64,000 bases of DNA, taken from positions 11,532,001 through 11,596,000 of the forward strand of contig CM114271.1 of NCBI GenBank assembly GCA_050084515.1, written 5' to 3'. The notes below the pieces were generated by a model. It worked only from the letters and a program-made list of their open reading frames with translations. It searched no databases and had not been told where the DNA came from. Origin of the DNA: Blasia pusilla. Its lineage: Eukaryota. Positions within the stretch are counted from its first letter, which is position 1, and the number at the start of each line of letters is the position of its first letter. A program made the translations under genes and the position numbers. Below, piece by piece: positions 27,151-46,989 of this stretch.

Positions 27151-27755
27151 GGGACTAGTATAGAACATTTCCATCCTTCCCTCATTGCCATCATACATCC
27201 CGCATCTGCACAGAACAAATCAACAACTTCACCTTTAGGACATGCCAACATGCCAAATTGCATAAATACATGCACACAACTTCACCTTTAGGACATGCCG
27301 ACATGCCAAATTGCATAAATACAAGGACACCGTCATTGAAGTTATAGAAATAAGGTTGTCTAACCTGTTGTAGCTTCGTGTTGTAGTGCTCAAGGAAGGT
27401 CTGCAAAACTGACAAACTCTAGCAGCCGCCATAGATGAGGAACAAAATTGTCCGACCGATAGCCTCTGTTGGGGTGCTCAATGCAAAACTGCAAAACCGC
27501 CGCCGTCCATCTATAAATTCAAAGCATTCCATGGCACATCAGTATGCAAAGGCCATAGGTTCATCCTCAAAGATAGTCAACATTTTATACAGAGTCTGCA
27601 CAATTTCCAACAGCCGGCTATCTATCACACAATGTACCAACACATGTAAATTTACACTCTTGATTAGGTTCAAAATATGTCTATAGTCTATCAAAATTGT
27701 GAAAGAAGTTTTAGAGGGTCTTGGTTCATGTCATTACATGATGCAGCTGCAACTC

Positions 27756-30700
27756 TAATGTCGCCCCGAAGGAGCTCCACTTGTGGACAAAGTTTCCATT
27801 TCTAACGCATCCAATGCCGGAGTCGAGAAAAGGGGCAGCGGAGTAGAATGAAAGTCTCCGCCATCCACATCAGCATGCTGGTCTTCACTTGGCACCGCCT
27901 CCTCTCGCTGTATGTGTCCAGCTCCAGCCACCTAATTACCACCCGAAGTGTTTCAGCCCTAAATCAGCATTGTACGTTGCAGATTTTGAAGATCATCAAT
28001 CTACTTTACCCTAAAAGATGTGAGAAAGGGATGGAACACAACCTGGTCACTTCCGCTAAGCACGCCATCATTGTCCAAGTTCACAGCAACCGCTACAGGG
28101 TGTCCATCTCCCGTCGGCTCTTGCTGAAAAGCCACATGAATGTGTGAGGCAAGTACAACTCATCCAGAAAAAATAAATATCTCAAAGGATTTAGTATAGG
28201 AATGTTGTGTACCTGCAATCCCGTCTCTAAGTCCGTCTTCTTCTTCATTTCGGCCAGCATGATCCTTCTCCTCCTTTTCAAGGACTCTTTAGTTCTCCCC
28301 GTAGGATACTTGGATCTCACAGTAGGCTCACCTTGCACCACCACTTGGTCCGGGCTAGGCGACTTACGGTATCCACGGGATGCTTGGCGTGCACTGGACT
28401 CTACAGGATGAAGGCGAGGAGATTTCCTTGTATCACGCATGACCCTAGAAGATCTCTCCGTGGTGGGCCTACCGAATCTAGAGGTGGGTCTTAGATTCCG
28501 TGGGTGCACACTGACCAGCTCAATTGGCTCATCTGAAAATACAGGCTCTACGTCAGGCCGCCCCAACCTCTCCTCCATCCTGTGTGTTCCTGCCAAATCT
28601 GGAGATCTATGACCATCATCTACAGAGTCAAAGTCACTGGAGTCCACAATCTCCATATCCACACCTCCCTACACACATGTTTACCAAATGACAAATCATA
28701 TGAAATGCACAAGAGTAGAAAACATGCATAGAATGTACAAACTGTGCCTAGTTTCAATGGAGATGGGATAATTCAAGGACTAGAATGAAAGGACAAGATT
28801 TGTACCCTGGACACAGCATTAGCATGGCTGCAGCCAAGTCCATCCACATACATACGTGTCACTTTCTCTCTCATTTTTGCTACTATAAACGGTTTTTTTG
28901 TAATTATACTTGAATCGAGGGACAAAGTATTGCTCGCTGATGAACCAGGCATGCCGATGCGCTCTACGCATCCCATCTAATACTGCAAGAGACTGCTCAA
29001 CCTGTTGTTTTCTAGTCTCTAAACCTGCATCCCATCGAAAAGGTTTCTGCCTATCCATCATCCACACAGCAGATAAGTGGTGGAACTCAGCTCGACATCT
29101 CCAATATGTCGCACGATGTACCCTATCAGCAGGTACGTGGGAAGGGAGAAGCTTATGACCGGCCTCTATCCATCCCCTCACTATGGTCGTAGGGCGCACC
29201 AAAGCACTCTCCAATTCCTCCCTGGCCTTCTCAAACTCCTCCACCTTGGCTAAGCAAGCCTATGAGGTTTGCTGGAAATCTGCAGTACGATGAGCTTCAA
29301 ATGCAATCAGCAGATCAGTAAGTGCAGGCATGGGGACATACGGCCCGACAGCCCTTGTCGCATGGTCTTTGGCTTTGTTGAGGATAGCATTCTTCTTCGC
29401 CGCCAGTTAGCCCAACGTTGCAAAGATCGTGCCTCTAAGTGAGATTGCCGAGAAGGATGTGTGTGAGTCCTTGCATAGAAGCGTGTGTGTGAGTCCCTGC
29501 ATGGAAATCTGCAGTATGACAGAGATTCTGACCCTTAAGCAAAACCAGGCAATTACATGAGCAATCTATCTAGGATTCAATCACATAGTGGACCCACGCT
29601 TACCCTCGTCTTCATCGTCATCTTCTATGCCTTGAATATCAGCATCTGACTTCTTCTTCCCTGTGATACAAGGTGTTCCAGGCACTGGCCTAAGCCAGTG
29701 TGAAGCAAGGTGGGAGTTGAAAGCTTCCGGCGTGCGGAAAAATTCAATGCACTTGGAGCACAAGCAAACGTACTGCTTGTGCTCCTCGCTGTAGCAATAG
29801 TGGACCCACTCCACTGGATCCCTCCACAGTGATGTTTGGTAAGCCTGCTTTTGAGAAGGGGGTGGGCTTTTGCCCATAAACGCAGCAAACATGTTTAGAG
29901 GCTCAAGGTAGGAGGGCTCTTTCTCCACGTCTCCCTTGTAAAATGGGCCCTATGTAACAACATTATCAACCATACAAGTAAGCATGAAATAGTTACCTTG
30001 GGCATTGAAAGACAACAGGCACGAGATGAGCACACACTTCTCAGGTGGAATTTTATTTTCCCGGATGATAGCATACGCATATCAGGTTTAGGCTTATGTG
30101 TTAACTAGTAAATATGAAACTAAATAGAAAAGGAAGAGCTAGAGGCAGGGCAATGAAAATTCGCCATTCAGAATACTAGTATTCCTAGGACGTGCCCATG
30201 ACCGCCCAAACAAACCATCTAAAAAGTAGAAAGAGAAGCTTATGACCGCCAAGCTCAAGTTGTCTGCAAGGTAGAGGTGAGGCTTGCCCATGACCGCCAA
30301 GCTCAAGTCGTCTGCAAGGTAGACGTGAGGCTTGCCCATGACCGCCCAGCTCAAGTCGTCTACAAGGTAGACGTGAGGCTCGTCCATCACCGCCCAGCTC
30401 AAGTCATCTACAAGGTAGACGTGAGGCTTGCCCATCACCGCCCAAACAAGTCGTCTACAAGGTAGACGTGAGGCTCGTCCATCACCGCCCAGCTCAAGTA
30501 GTCTACAAGGTAGACGTGAGGCTTGCCCATCACCGCCCAAACAAGTCGTCTACAAGGTAGACGTGAGGCTCGCCCATCACCGCCCAGCTCAAGTCGTCTA
30601 CAAGGTAGACGTGAGGCTTGCCCATCACCGCCCAAACAAGTCGTCTAAAAGGTAGACGACTGACTTGCCCATCACCGCCCAAACCCGTCGTCTAAAAGGT

Positions 30701-31320
30701 AGACGTGGGGCTTGTTCGTGATTCTCAGCTTACATGAATACTATCCCTATATTGAAGATCTATATGTAGGTACTTCGGTATATGGTTTACGACAAGAACT
30801 AGGCCTCAAAAAGTAAACACAAACCCTAAATCTCCTAAACATTCCCTAGGATTTCAATATGCAGAAGATTGTCCTCCACGTGCAAGAAGATGAGTCAAGC
30901 ACACCTCATTAGTCACTTAGTTGAATTCGGTCTACCAAGGAACACAACTTGTATGACGAAAGAGGATGAACACACATGCACTATGTGTTAAGAGCTTACC
31001 CCGAGCTAAATTCAGAATGGCCAATGAGCTGATAACTTCAGATAAATCCACATGTTGGTCCTTTTCCAAATGTAGTTGATCATCAATGTCAGTCTGGCCG
31101 ATAAGGTAAACCGTTTTAGGAGTGACCCCAATCACCCAAGGGACGTTGTTGCTATCATCTACATCCTCTGTGGCATTTAACCTCCGCTTTAATCGGATAG
31201 TGCATACTAATTTTGATACCATGTTCTGTTGTGATGCCTCCATCAGATTCCCAGCACGTGGTACCCACGCATCCCTAGCTAAAAGCCACGTGGTACCCAG
31301 CATCCCTAGCTGCCTGTTCT
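27756..31320 (-). pseudogene. Second, convergent multi-exon gene inside the MULE (C2H2-like finger), function unknown
   Basis: Exon-like ORFs at 30932-31303, 29581-29928 (YVCLCSKCIEFFRTPEAFNSHLASHW), 28819-29244, 28093-28662 and a terminal exon ending near 27756, with GT donors such as cgg|gtaagc. Some stops present and the model is approximate. Confidence 0.55.
30241..30716. repeat. 47/48-bp minisatellite, 10 units, each with an internal hairpin CGTCTAC-aag-GTAGACG
   Basis: Unit catcaccgcccagctcaagtcgtctacaaggtagacgtgaggcttgcc. Later units alternate 47 and 48 bp. Confidence 0.95.
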
Positions 31321-34306
31321 ATGCAATGGTATGTATCTAGACCCTTGATTGCTAGACAAGAAACGTGTAACGTTTTCTGGTTTCCTAACTAGCATATTCA
31401 AAGTGTGCATCCTATTTGCATCACAGAACTGGACGATATTGGACATGATGCGATACGTACTACTCTACAAGCCCTACAACTGAGGCAAATTCACATTCAA
31501 GACCTAGGTCCACAGTAGTGGCAGATTTGATAGCAGCAAGGAATTTGAGCGCTTATGTGCTCCCCTGCAAGAATTGCAAATGCTGGTAAGGAACTTGATC
31601 TGTGTGAGCCATATTTCTACATCAGGAAGACATATTCATACCTACATCAAATATTTGGCTTTCTGGTGGGTTGGATCGAGTGGAGATATCCTCTAAATAT
31701 GCCTTGTATTTGTGCAGCAGAGATAGAAGGTCAGCCCACTGGTAAACATATAATGAGACGGAGTCTGAATGACTATTTACCTTATGTCTGTGCTCAAAGA
31801 AGTTCCATACGATGTACAATAGGCGACACGATGGTTCTGTATGGACGCCTAGAAGAGAACAAAGACAGAAAACGTTCAGGTTTTCTTCTCACTTAAATAA
31901 TTCATGACAGGGCAGCAGAACAAAGATTTGCATCAAGCGCCCTACAAATCTTCGCAACTGAAAGTATTCATTCAAAGACGATTAAGTCGATATATCCCTC
32001 ACAACCGCATGTTCAGTAACCAGTTCAAACAAAATTTATATACTGCAAATAGATTCAAATATATTTCCATTGCCTGAAAAGTTGCCACACGTTGTACAAT
32101 AGGCGACACGATGGAGCTGTATGAACGCCTGGAAAAATACAGAAACACCAACCTGGTAATTGTCGAACAAAGTCAGAAAGAGGAGAGAGGAGAAGAGAAG
32201 AGAAGAGAAGAGAACGGGCTCCTTAATTTAGTTCAACCTTTTCACTGAAACTCGGTCTTTCGTAGACCGCCGCACATTCCCTCTATCATGCTCGAGATTT
32301 ATGACCGTCATCGTCGTGATGACAACGGCTGAGGTGATGGGTGTTGCTCCCCTCCTGTGTTACCGAGTGTTACTCCTTCTCCAAACATGGGGTTTCACGC
32401 TTGCCAAACTGGTCTTGCAGTTGGCCGGCCCCTGTTGTTTCGAGATCTAGATGTGGTTGACATGGGACTTGATTGAGCGGGGTTGGGGATCGGAGACGTC
32501 GGCTTCTAGGGTCAAGATTGTGTGCAAAGCGAAGTCGTGAAGTACAGAGAAAATCGAAGAAACGAAGTTTCTCCAATCCTACTTCTGTTTACGGTTTCTA
32601 AGGAACTTTAGGTCCAGACGTCTACAATATTACGGTTGGTCATGATACAGTCCCGGGGATTATTGTAAGAGGGATCTTCATGAAAGGGTTCACATCCTTT
32701 CATGAGATGTGAACCCTGTCATCTCTGATGTTGCACTTCATCCTTAAGCCGGTTAGCTGAGATCGGAGATGAAAGGATGCGGGTGCAAGCTTGTCGCAAT
32801 CGAATCCAACAGGACTAGTTGGGCAGGTTTCTGTGTTTGAGCTCCATAGAGTACAAGTAAGGGGCATGTATACTAGCCTTCCGAGACTGCCGATGTTGCA
32901 CTTGACCCTTAAGCCGACAGGAGCCGCTAACCCGCGCACCATCGGGAAGGGATGTCTGGGAAATTGGGGCATGTATTTATTTGCCACAATCGCATTCCTA
33001 TGCGTTCGGCGTTCTCCTAGTGCTACAAATATGCCCAGAAAACTCTGCAAATTTGATCTCACAGCGGCTTCATTTCTCTTCCTCACAAATAAAGTTCCGG
33101 ATTGTAATGCATATTGCCCGTGGACTCCCTAAGGACATAGAACACCGTTTGCTTCGGCTACTGAAATTCTTAAGTGTACTAAGAGAAGAGAATCACCAAC
33201 TTCATAAACGGATGTCAATGTTGCTGATGCTCGGGTCCAAAGATTCGATTGAATGACTGAGCGGCTGATCAAAGAAAAGAGGAGAAAAAAAGAAAAGAGA
33301 AGAGAAACCCCAACCTCATAGGCCCGAAAGGCGATTTGTGGCAGAAAGAAAGCTCTCAAGGCGGATTTGCGGATTTGTGGCAGGCCGGGATGAAGCCCTC
33401 AAGTCGATCATTGGGACCAATTCCAAAAAGACGTAGCAGACCGAAAAAACGCAGCAGACTGGGTTTCAGGTTTGGCGTTCGGAGGTGAGGGTTCCGTCCG
33501 CCCCGCCCCGCCGTCTGCTCCACCCCGCCGTCCGTCCGTCCATCCGTGAGCTCATCCGTCCATCCGTCCGTCCGTCCAACGGTCCGTCCGTCCATCCGTC
33601 CGCCCATCCGTCCGTTCGTCCACCCGTCCGTCCTCCGTCAGACTCCGTCCGCTCAACCGAACTGCTGTCCGCTGCCGGTATTACCGACCCTAATCCCGTG
33701 CCGAACCGCCTGCGCCTAAGGCCTAATCTACGCGGCCTTAAACGCATGGCCGCGGCTATCTATGGCTTTCAGCAGAAGTAGAAGACTGAAATCATATGGA
33801 GTCTCCACCAAGCTAGCGACGTTTTTTATTCTCCAAGCACGAATGTGCCATTTATTCCGCTTGCCGCTGTGGAGCTCTATGACCCAAAGCTCTTAAAAGA
33901 CGGTCTTACAAGCAGCTCAGTCCTTCGCAACCGGTGCGTAGATTGTGGAGCTCCCCTTTCTCATAATCGGAATATAGTAAGGATGTGTAGGCTTTCCTAC
34001 CAGTGCAACGGCACCTTCTCTTGAAGTTCTACCTCTGCTTTGTCACAAGCATTGTTTATAAGTTTATAACCTAGACGGGTTCGCGCAATCCCAATTCCCG
34101 TTTATTTTGGCTTTGCTTTGAGCTATGATCACTATGTCATAGTGAGATTAAATGTTTGTGCATGGGTTCACTTTACTACTCAGATTAAGGAGACACCGTT
34201 GCTATCTCTCTTCTTTTTCTTTACATTTCTTAGGCTCTATCTCTCTTCTTTTTTTAATTTTCTTAGGCTTTGGAACATAGTGTACCACATTGTAGATGTC
34301 CTCTAT

Positions 34307-40290
<5,984 letters not shown>

Positions 40291-43200
40291 TGTTTACTAT
40301 GTACCTCCTCATCTCCACTAGGAAAGCTTAATTAGTTCTCCTCCGATGGTCCGACCAATATGATTACTTCTTATCACACCTTCACATCAGTGAGTGGTAC
40401 TCCTATGCAATATTCTCTACCTACAAATGTCTTCTCAACTCTCCACTATCAACCACACATGAGGCAAGAGAAGTAGCACTTTAACTTGAAATTCTCTTCA
40501 TGCTTTGAAGAGGATTTTAAAGCCAAATGTACAAAATTTGTACCCTTGAGGAAACCATTGTAGAAGGCAAAAGGTGCCTTTTGCCTTATACAATGGTTTT
40601 CTCACTCAATATATTATACCCAGGGAAGGTGAGTTTTATGCATGTGATCTTTGTACCACTAGTGAACCTAGGATGGCTCATAATGTGTACATGATACCAT
40701 CTTACATCTAGAAAATTCTAGCTATTAATCCCCTTCTAGCTCCTTTCTACAATTGACTCCCGTATTAGCATTATTCAAAAGTACAACGGATTCCACAAGG
40801 GTTTCTTCAACACGACATCACTTATAGACCCCCCTCTAATAGAATGGAACTTAGAATCTACCAGTGTGACTAATCTACAATCCACTATCTCTCGTTTAAC
40901 ATAACTCATGGCCATAAATGGCCTTTATTGGGACTACACATACCTACTTGAACTACCAAATCCGTCTACTGGCCTTGTTTTTCTACCCTCAACGTATTGC
41001 AATGGATGCTATTCTTAAATCATCACAAGATAAGGGCCAGGTAACCCATTGTATGTCTTATGATCCTTACAAGGCAGAACTTAATATGTTACAGGATGTG
41101 ACTTATTCCCTACCCGTACGCACAAGCAATGCTTCTCATATATTGGATAATGATTGCCTATTCTTTAGGAATAAAACTAATTGTAGAGAACCTTTCTTTA
41201 CACACTCATCATGTTCGTCCACTGATCGCGGATTAACCATAGAGATCGGGATATTTCTCTTTCCCTATCTCCAAGGAGTCTTTCAAAGTATTGGATCTTT
41301 CCTAAATTACATGAAATTAAGATCCAAACAACTTTTTATCCCTTTTTCACTTAACAAACCATATCCCCTAGTTATGCACCAATTGTGACATGCTATATCT
41401 CTCTGCTCTACATCTTGTTCTTTTATCCTTAATAGAAATCTAGAAAATTTATGAAGAGCTAAGCCACACAATCCAAAGAAAGACTTACACTACAATTTGT
41501 CGAAACACTCACTCAACCCTCAATTGCCTCAAACTCCAGCTTGGCATCATAGGCACCTGAAAGATCTCAAAGCTATGGTGAGTACATTGAGGATGCCACA
41601 CTTCTTCCTAACTACAATCTACAAGAGGGACAAAGACTGGACACATAGAAGACAAAGTACAAAAGTTCAATAACTCATATATTTGGAGAGATGCATCTGC
41701 AGAGTGTGCACAACTTTTGCACACCAAGTTGCACACATTTCTCACTCAATAGATTATCAGTCATATTCTAGAGTAAGTAATCACATATGAGTTACAATAT
41801 AGGGGCACTCTATACTGGCACATGATTTTTTTGGTTCAACAAAGTGATATCGATAGTGTTACCTCTGAGCTTTGTGCTCATATTCATAGCTTTGCATGTT
41901 CCCCCCCTAGTTTTTGTTTACTCACATGCTACTTGTAGTAGAGCTCATTCAATCCTTGGTGATAACATAACAACTAAAAAAATATACCGATGTTAAGAAG
42001 ATGTATGCATAATTAGGAAAAACCGGCAAAAAACTCAGTGTAGACTAGGTTTTCTTGTTGAGGCGAATATGGTCACAATTCCATTCATCCACCCGCAAAG
42101 TATGCCGTGGACATATTTTAGACCATCCCTCAATAATCGCATCGTTATACCATACCATCCATTAGTTCTATTGCTTTGAAGTGCACACATGAATATACAA
42201 AGAGTCTAAAACATTGATTGGTCCTTCTATCTTATCAAATATGCATTGAAGTCAGAGTTGTGATACCCACTTTTTATGAATTTGGTGCACTTATGTATAT
42301 TTTGGTAGAGAATTAGGGAGAAGTCTTTGTGAATAAAGAACAAAGATCTAGTTTTGTGACAATATGTACATATTGATAAAGGAGGAGAACATTGGAAGGG
42401 TATTAGTAGAATAAATTAAATGGATCTTCGATGAGAAGATGAAGAGTTTTGGAAGAATGAGGATTTGTCTTGGAGAAGTAGAACTTTTGGGTGCATGGAC
42501 TTTGGAATCAAAAAGAAGGCTGGAAAAGTTTAGTAACGAAGAAGGGAATATGAGAAGACTTCTCAAGCTTCTATGTCTATTGAGTTCCCTCGTGTCTTTG
42601 ATGGACAAGAATGTTTTCTCTTTCTTCATTCAGACATGTGGAGGTGTATGCTTGATCTGATTGGGTCCGTAGAGGGAAGGAAGACAGTGAGGGAGATGTA
42701 TGAAATCTCTTAGACAGAGAGTAACCTCCAAGGATAGATGAGTTCTAATATTAGGATGAGTCATCTACTCACTATGATCTAATGAAGGTTCTTTCTTGTT
42801 TACTCACGATTCAAGTCATAAGAATTCATAAAACTAATCCATTGGAGAAGATACCTTGAGGGAAAATACTTTCTACTACTAAAAGAAGTTGTCTTTGTTA
42901 ATTTTATTCTATTGAAAAGAATCTCTGATTCTTGAGTTCTTTCATAAATTATCTCTCTTTTGAAACAACGATAATATTCTTGGGGAATGAATTAGATACT
43001 ACTCGATAAAAAGATTATAATTTTCAAATTCTATGACATTACATAATAGATAAAGAAAGTTTAAGCACCACTAGCGGGGATTACACGCTTATCAATTTTT
43101 CTTAGATTTTGCTGGTGCGGATCGACGGGGGACAGCAGCCGAGTGTAGTGTGCGGTGGGGCGTCGGGTGTACGCGACCGAGGGTGTCGGGAAAGAGCAGG

Positions 43201-46200
43201 AGGCGGCCGGGTCGCGGAAGCGGCCGGAGGTTAGTTAGGGCGCACAGACGGGTGTGGACGGGCGGCGATGGGTGCGGACGGCCCGCCCCCGCCGCCAGCG
43301 CATAGGGAGGCGTGTTGGACGTGGTAGGTGGCCTACATAGTTGGGCAATGAACGTGGTTGGATGGGAACATCGTAGGGCATGGCGTGGTTGAGCGAAGTA
43401 GAAGAAGTGGGTGGGCGTGGACATGGTAGAGTGGGCTTACCTTGGATTTTTTAGGGTTGAGATTTTTTCCGAAAACCTTCATAGTCCATTGGTAGTGGTT
43501 GTTTGTTGCGGATTGGCAGTGAGATGAGTTGTTCGCACCAAAAGTTTGCGGAGGAGAGTGTTTCGACGGAGTGGTTGTGATGGAGACACAAACATTGATG
43601 CCGACGGGAGGTTCAATGTGGTGGTCAAGGAGAGAGTCGTGGTGCAGAGGGTGCCGTACCACATGGAGGAGTGAGTTTTGACGATACGTAGATTGGAGGG
43701 CGTGATCAGGTTACCCATTCGAGTCCCTTTTCCCGCACTTGTCGTGTATGATTGAGAGTGCTGGGTATCGGGTAGTAGCTGGTGCTAGGTGGGTGCAGTG
43801 ATGGTGATGAGTGTAGACTCTTTTCATGTATAGCATGTTGGTGGATATATGGCGGTTGCCAAGTAGGGGTCGCGTGTATGACCCGAGAGAGTGTCTCTAG
43901 GTTAGAAGAGTCAGTTGGGAGGCTCACGGTGAGCGTGAGTGTTGAGTGTGCGTGAGTTTAACATCAATCAGGGGATTGATGTTAGCATAGGTGAGCTAGT
44001 GAGGAGTGTGGGAGACTCTTAGTGAGTATGAGTGCTTGGGCGGGTGAGACAGGGTTGTCATCACGGCGTTCTTCCAGGGTTTGGAAGAACGGGGTAGTGC
44101 GAGTAGTAGTAGTGGAGTGATACGGAGTGGAGTGAGATAGGGAGGGGTTACCAGTGAGGAGCTAACTCGACATCCATCTGTGGCTGGATCGTCATCACTA
44201 GACACTGGGTCTGGTGACGAGATCGTAGACAGAGATGGTATCACTTGGCAGAAGATGGACGACATGGGCCATCGGGGCATGCGTCGTTTCTTGGGTGCAA
44301 TGGGCACCATCGACTTAGATGATTTTATCGAGGAGTTCGACACGTGGTGCGACTTCTAGGAGATACAGAATCCGACACGGTTTAACCCTTTCATGGCATG
44401 AAAGGGGTTGTTCCAGCACTTGGAGGGTCCTCCGATGGATGACTATATGGAGTTTCGATCACTATATTCAATAGAGATCGATGCTTTGAGGATGTATTGG
44501 GCTCCAGGGTATGTGTCCACTAGTGGTCGCGAGGCATATGATGGGATCGTGAGAGGAGAGAGACCCACACCATCAGCCCAGAGACTAGATAGACAGGAGG
44601 GCAGTGAGACAGGCGATGTCGCAAAGACCTCTGGTGGTAGAGGGCCATCTAGCTTCCGTCCCACAGTGGAGTTCTTCCAATAGTTGGGGAAGAGCTACCA
44701 AGGCGTACGCACCGACAAAGTGAAGAGTCTACAGGATTTTTAGCGATGATGGGGTGAGAGTTTGAGAGAGGCATTCAAGCATATGAGGAGGCTGATTATT
44801 GCTACGTATGGAGTGACTGAGGCGCAGTTAGTCCAGTATTGGTACGGGGTTATGGACCAAGAACTATGGAGGAGAGTCCGAGATGCGGTGCTGATTCACA
44901 CAGTGAAGCCCACATTGAAGGTGGTCTTTGAGTTGTCTGAGCGTATTGAGCTCAACATGAGTGAGGAGCAGGTAGTGACCGCTAGATTTTCTTGAGAGTC
45001 GACGGGTCGACGGGTCCACGAGCGATGGTGACCCCACAGGTACCACAGCGAGCACCAGTACCACGGGAGCGGGCTAGTGTGGCCAGAGAGCAGGGCGGGT
45101 ACCGTGAACCTATGAGGCAACGACCCGTACTTACATATGTTGTCCAGGAGGGACTGATGTTGTCTTGCTGGATGTGTAGAGGGGCCCATAGGAAGAGAGA
45201 CTGCACACAATATGGGAGAGGACCACGAGCGCCTGTGATTGCTCAAGAGTCCCAGAGGATGGCCCCACCATAGTGCTAGAGTGACTATTGCCACAGGCCA
45301 TCTATCCCTATGGTCACACTAGGGATAAATGTTATGACCCTCGTCGAGAGGCACGTCCAGAGGTAGGCCGAGGGCTTGGGGGCGGTCTTCTTGGAGGAGG
45401 TCGGGGATTTCTTCTTGGACGTGGTGGTAGAGGACCACCACCAGCCAGAGGAGATGGAGCAAGAGCACCAGAGCCGACACTTCTCTCACGCATCGATTAG
45501 TTGGAGCAGAGGATTTTTGCCATGATGATGATGTAGCTCAGGGAAGGCACGGAACCGCGAGCAGCTAGTGTGGCTCCAGCTTCTACATTTTACCCTGATC
45601 CGGGTGAGGATCTTGCTAGTATGGGGTTTATGTGTAGTGCAACTCATGTTGAGGCAGCTGCAGTGGTGACTCAAGGTGCTGCGAGAGGCACCGAGCCATC
45701 GAGAGGTGGAGTTGAGATTGACCCACCGCAAGGGACTCATGGACGCCACGCCAGGGTTCCACAATCATTCACATTTTCCGAGGCACTACACACACCATCG
45801 ATGGTGCCTCGACAACCAGCGGTGCCTACAGCTCAGGCACTTATGTCGACATCATGAGGAGTTGGAGTGACAACTCCTATGCCGGCTTGAGTGGAGTCAG
45901 TGTCGACCATAGTGTTGGAGGTGGCCACCAGAGTGAGTCAGACTCCACTATTTTCCGCCATAGAGTTGGCGACGTTGGGAGTTGGACCAGCTGAGGTGTT
46001 TTGGCTGGCCGCCACGTTGTGTGAGCGTGGAGAGGTGACTGCTTCTTGTTCAGAGGTAGTTGAGGAGGTGGTGGACTTGCCCTCAGAGCCGGTGCTCAGG
46101 ACGTTCCCCACAGAGTCATGGCATGCGGCGGCGGCGAAGTTGGTAGATATGCCAGTTCGACCGGCCATAGAGCGAATAGTGGTGACACTTGGAGTAGTGT

Positions 46201-46989
46201 TACTAGATAACCGAGCTATAGTATTTCACTTGGTTAGTCCGACATGGATAGTATACCACCCGCAGTGCGTCCTACTTGATTCGGGAGCGCAACCCTTGAT
46301 GTTAGGGAAGGCGGCGTGTTTAGCGTTGGGGTCATGGAAGGCCAACATTGAGACTTGTCCCTTCCAAATGCAGACCTTGATTGGGGTCATGTCACCCATG
46401 TAGTATATGACTTGACAGGAGATAGTTGTCAGAGTCCATCCAGAGCATGCGACGGATATTGCTATGGTGCGCAGACGTGCGAATACGACACCAACTGAGT
46501 CGTACGATGTGTTGGTGGGAAGTATAGTGTTATATCCCCTAGGATTCATCCTTGACTTCTGGGAGGAGACCATTGCTTATCGGCTAGGGAGGCAGTCAGG
46601 TGATGGGCAGATGAGTTAGTTACCGATGCAGTTTGCAGGACGAGGTGGTCGATCACGAGGTGAGTCTGTGACCAGGTTTGCAGCTTTCATAGGTAGTGTT
46701 AGGTGGACAGGAGAGTTGTTGGAGGGGAACGCATATGCGGAGGATGTCCTAGTAGCGAATAGTCCCATGGAGAGACATGCCATGGCGGGTGTCTCTTTCC
46801 ATGTTGGCGAGACCTCTTCACCATTGTGGGGTACGACTCGAGAGCAATAGAGGAGTGTCGATGACCACGTGAGGCATGCGTGGAATCATGCCTTTATCCC
46901 GGAGCAACGAGAGTTAGGTGGCGATCCCACTCTTGGAGTGGGGACGTTAACCCCACTGGATATCACATCTGTTGTGTGGCAGTTTCCAG

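Larger units (their letters stand above)
21804..33770 (+). mobile_element. Mutator-like (MULE) DNA transposon, about 12 kb, complete ends
   Basis: About 105-bp TIRs (aaagccatagatagccgcggccatgcgtttaaggccgcgtag... and its reverse complement ending at 33770). Flanking duplication ggcagaagtc/agcagaagta with 8-bp exact core gcagaagt. Internal MULE transposase. Confidence 0.92.

Noticed and set aside
40620-43090. AT-rich region with short ORFs (40918-41388, 42348-42660)
   Set aside because: No identifiable domains. Probably very old TE debris.
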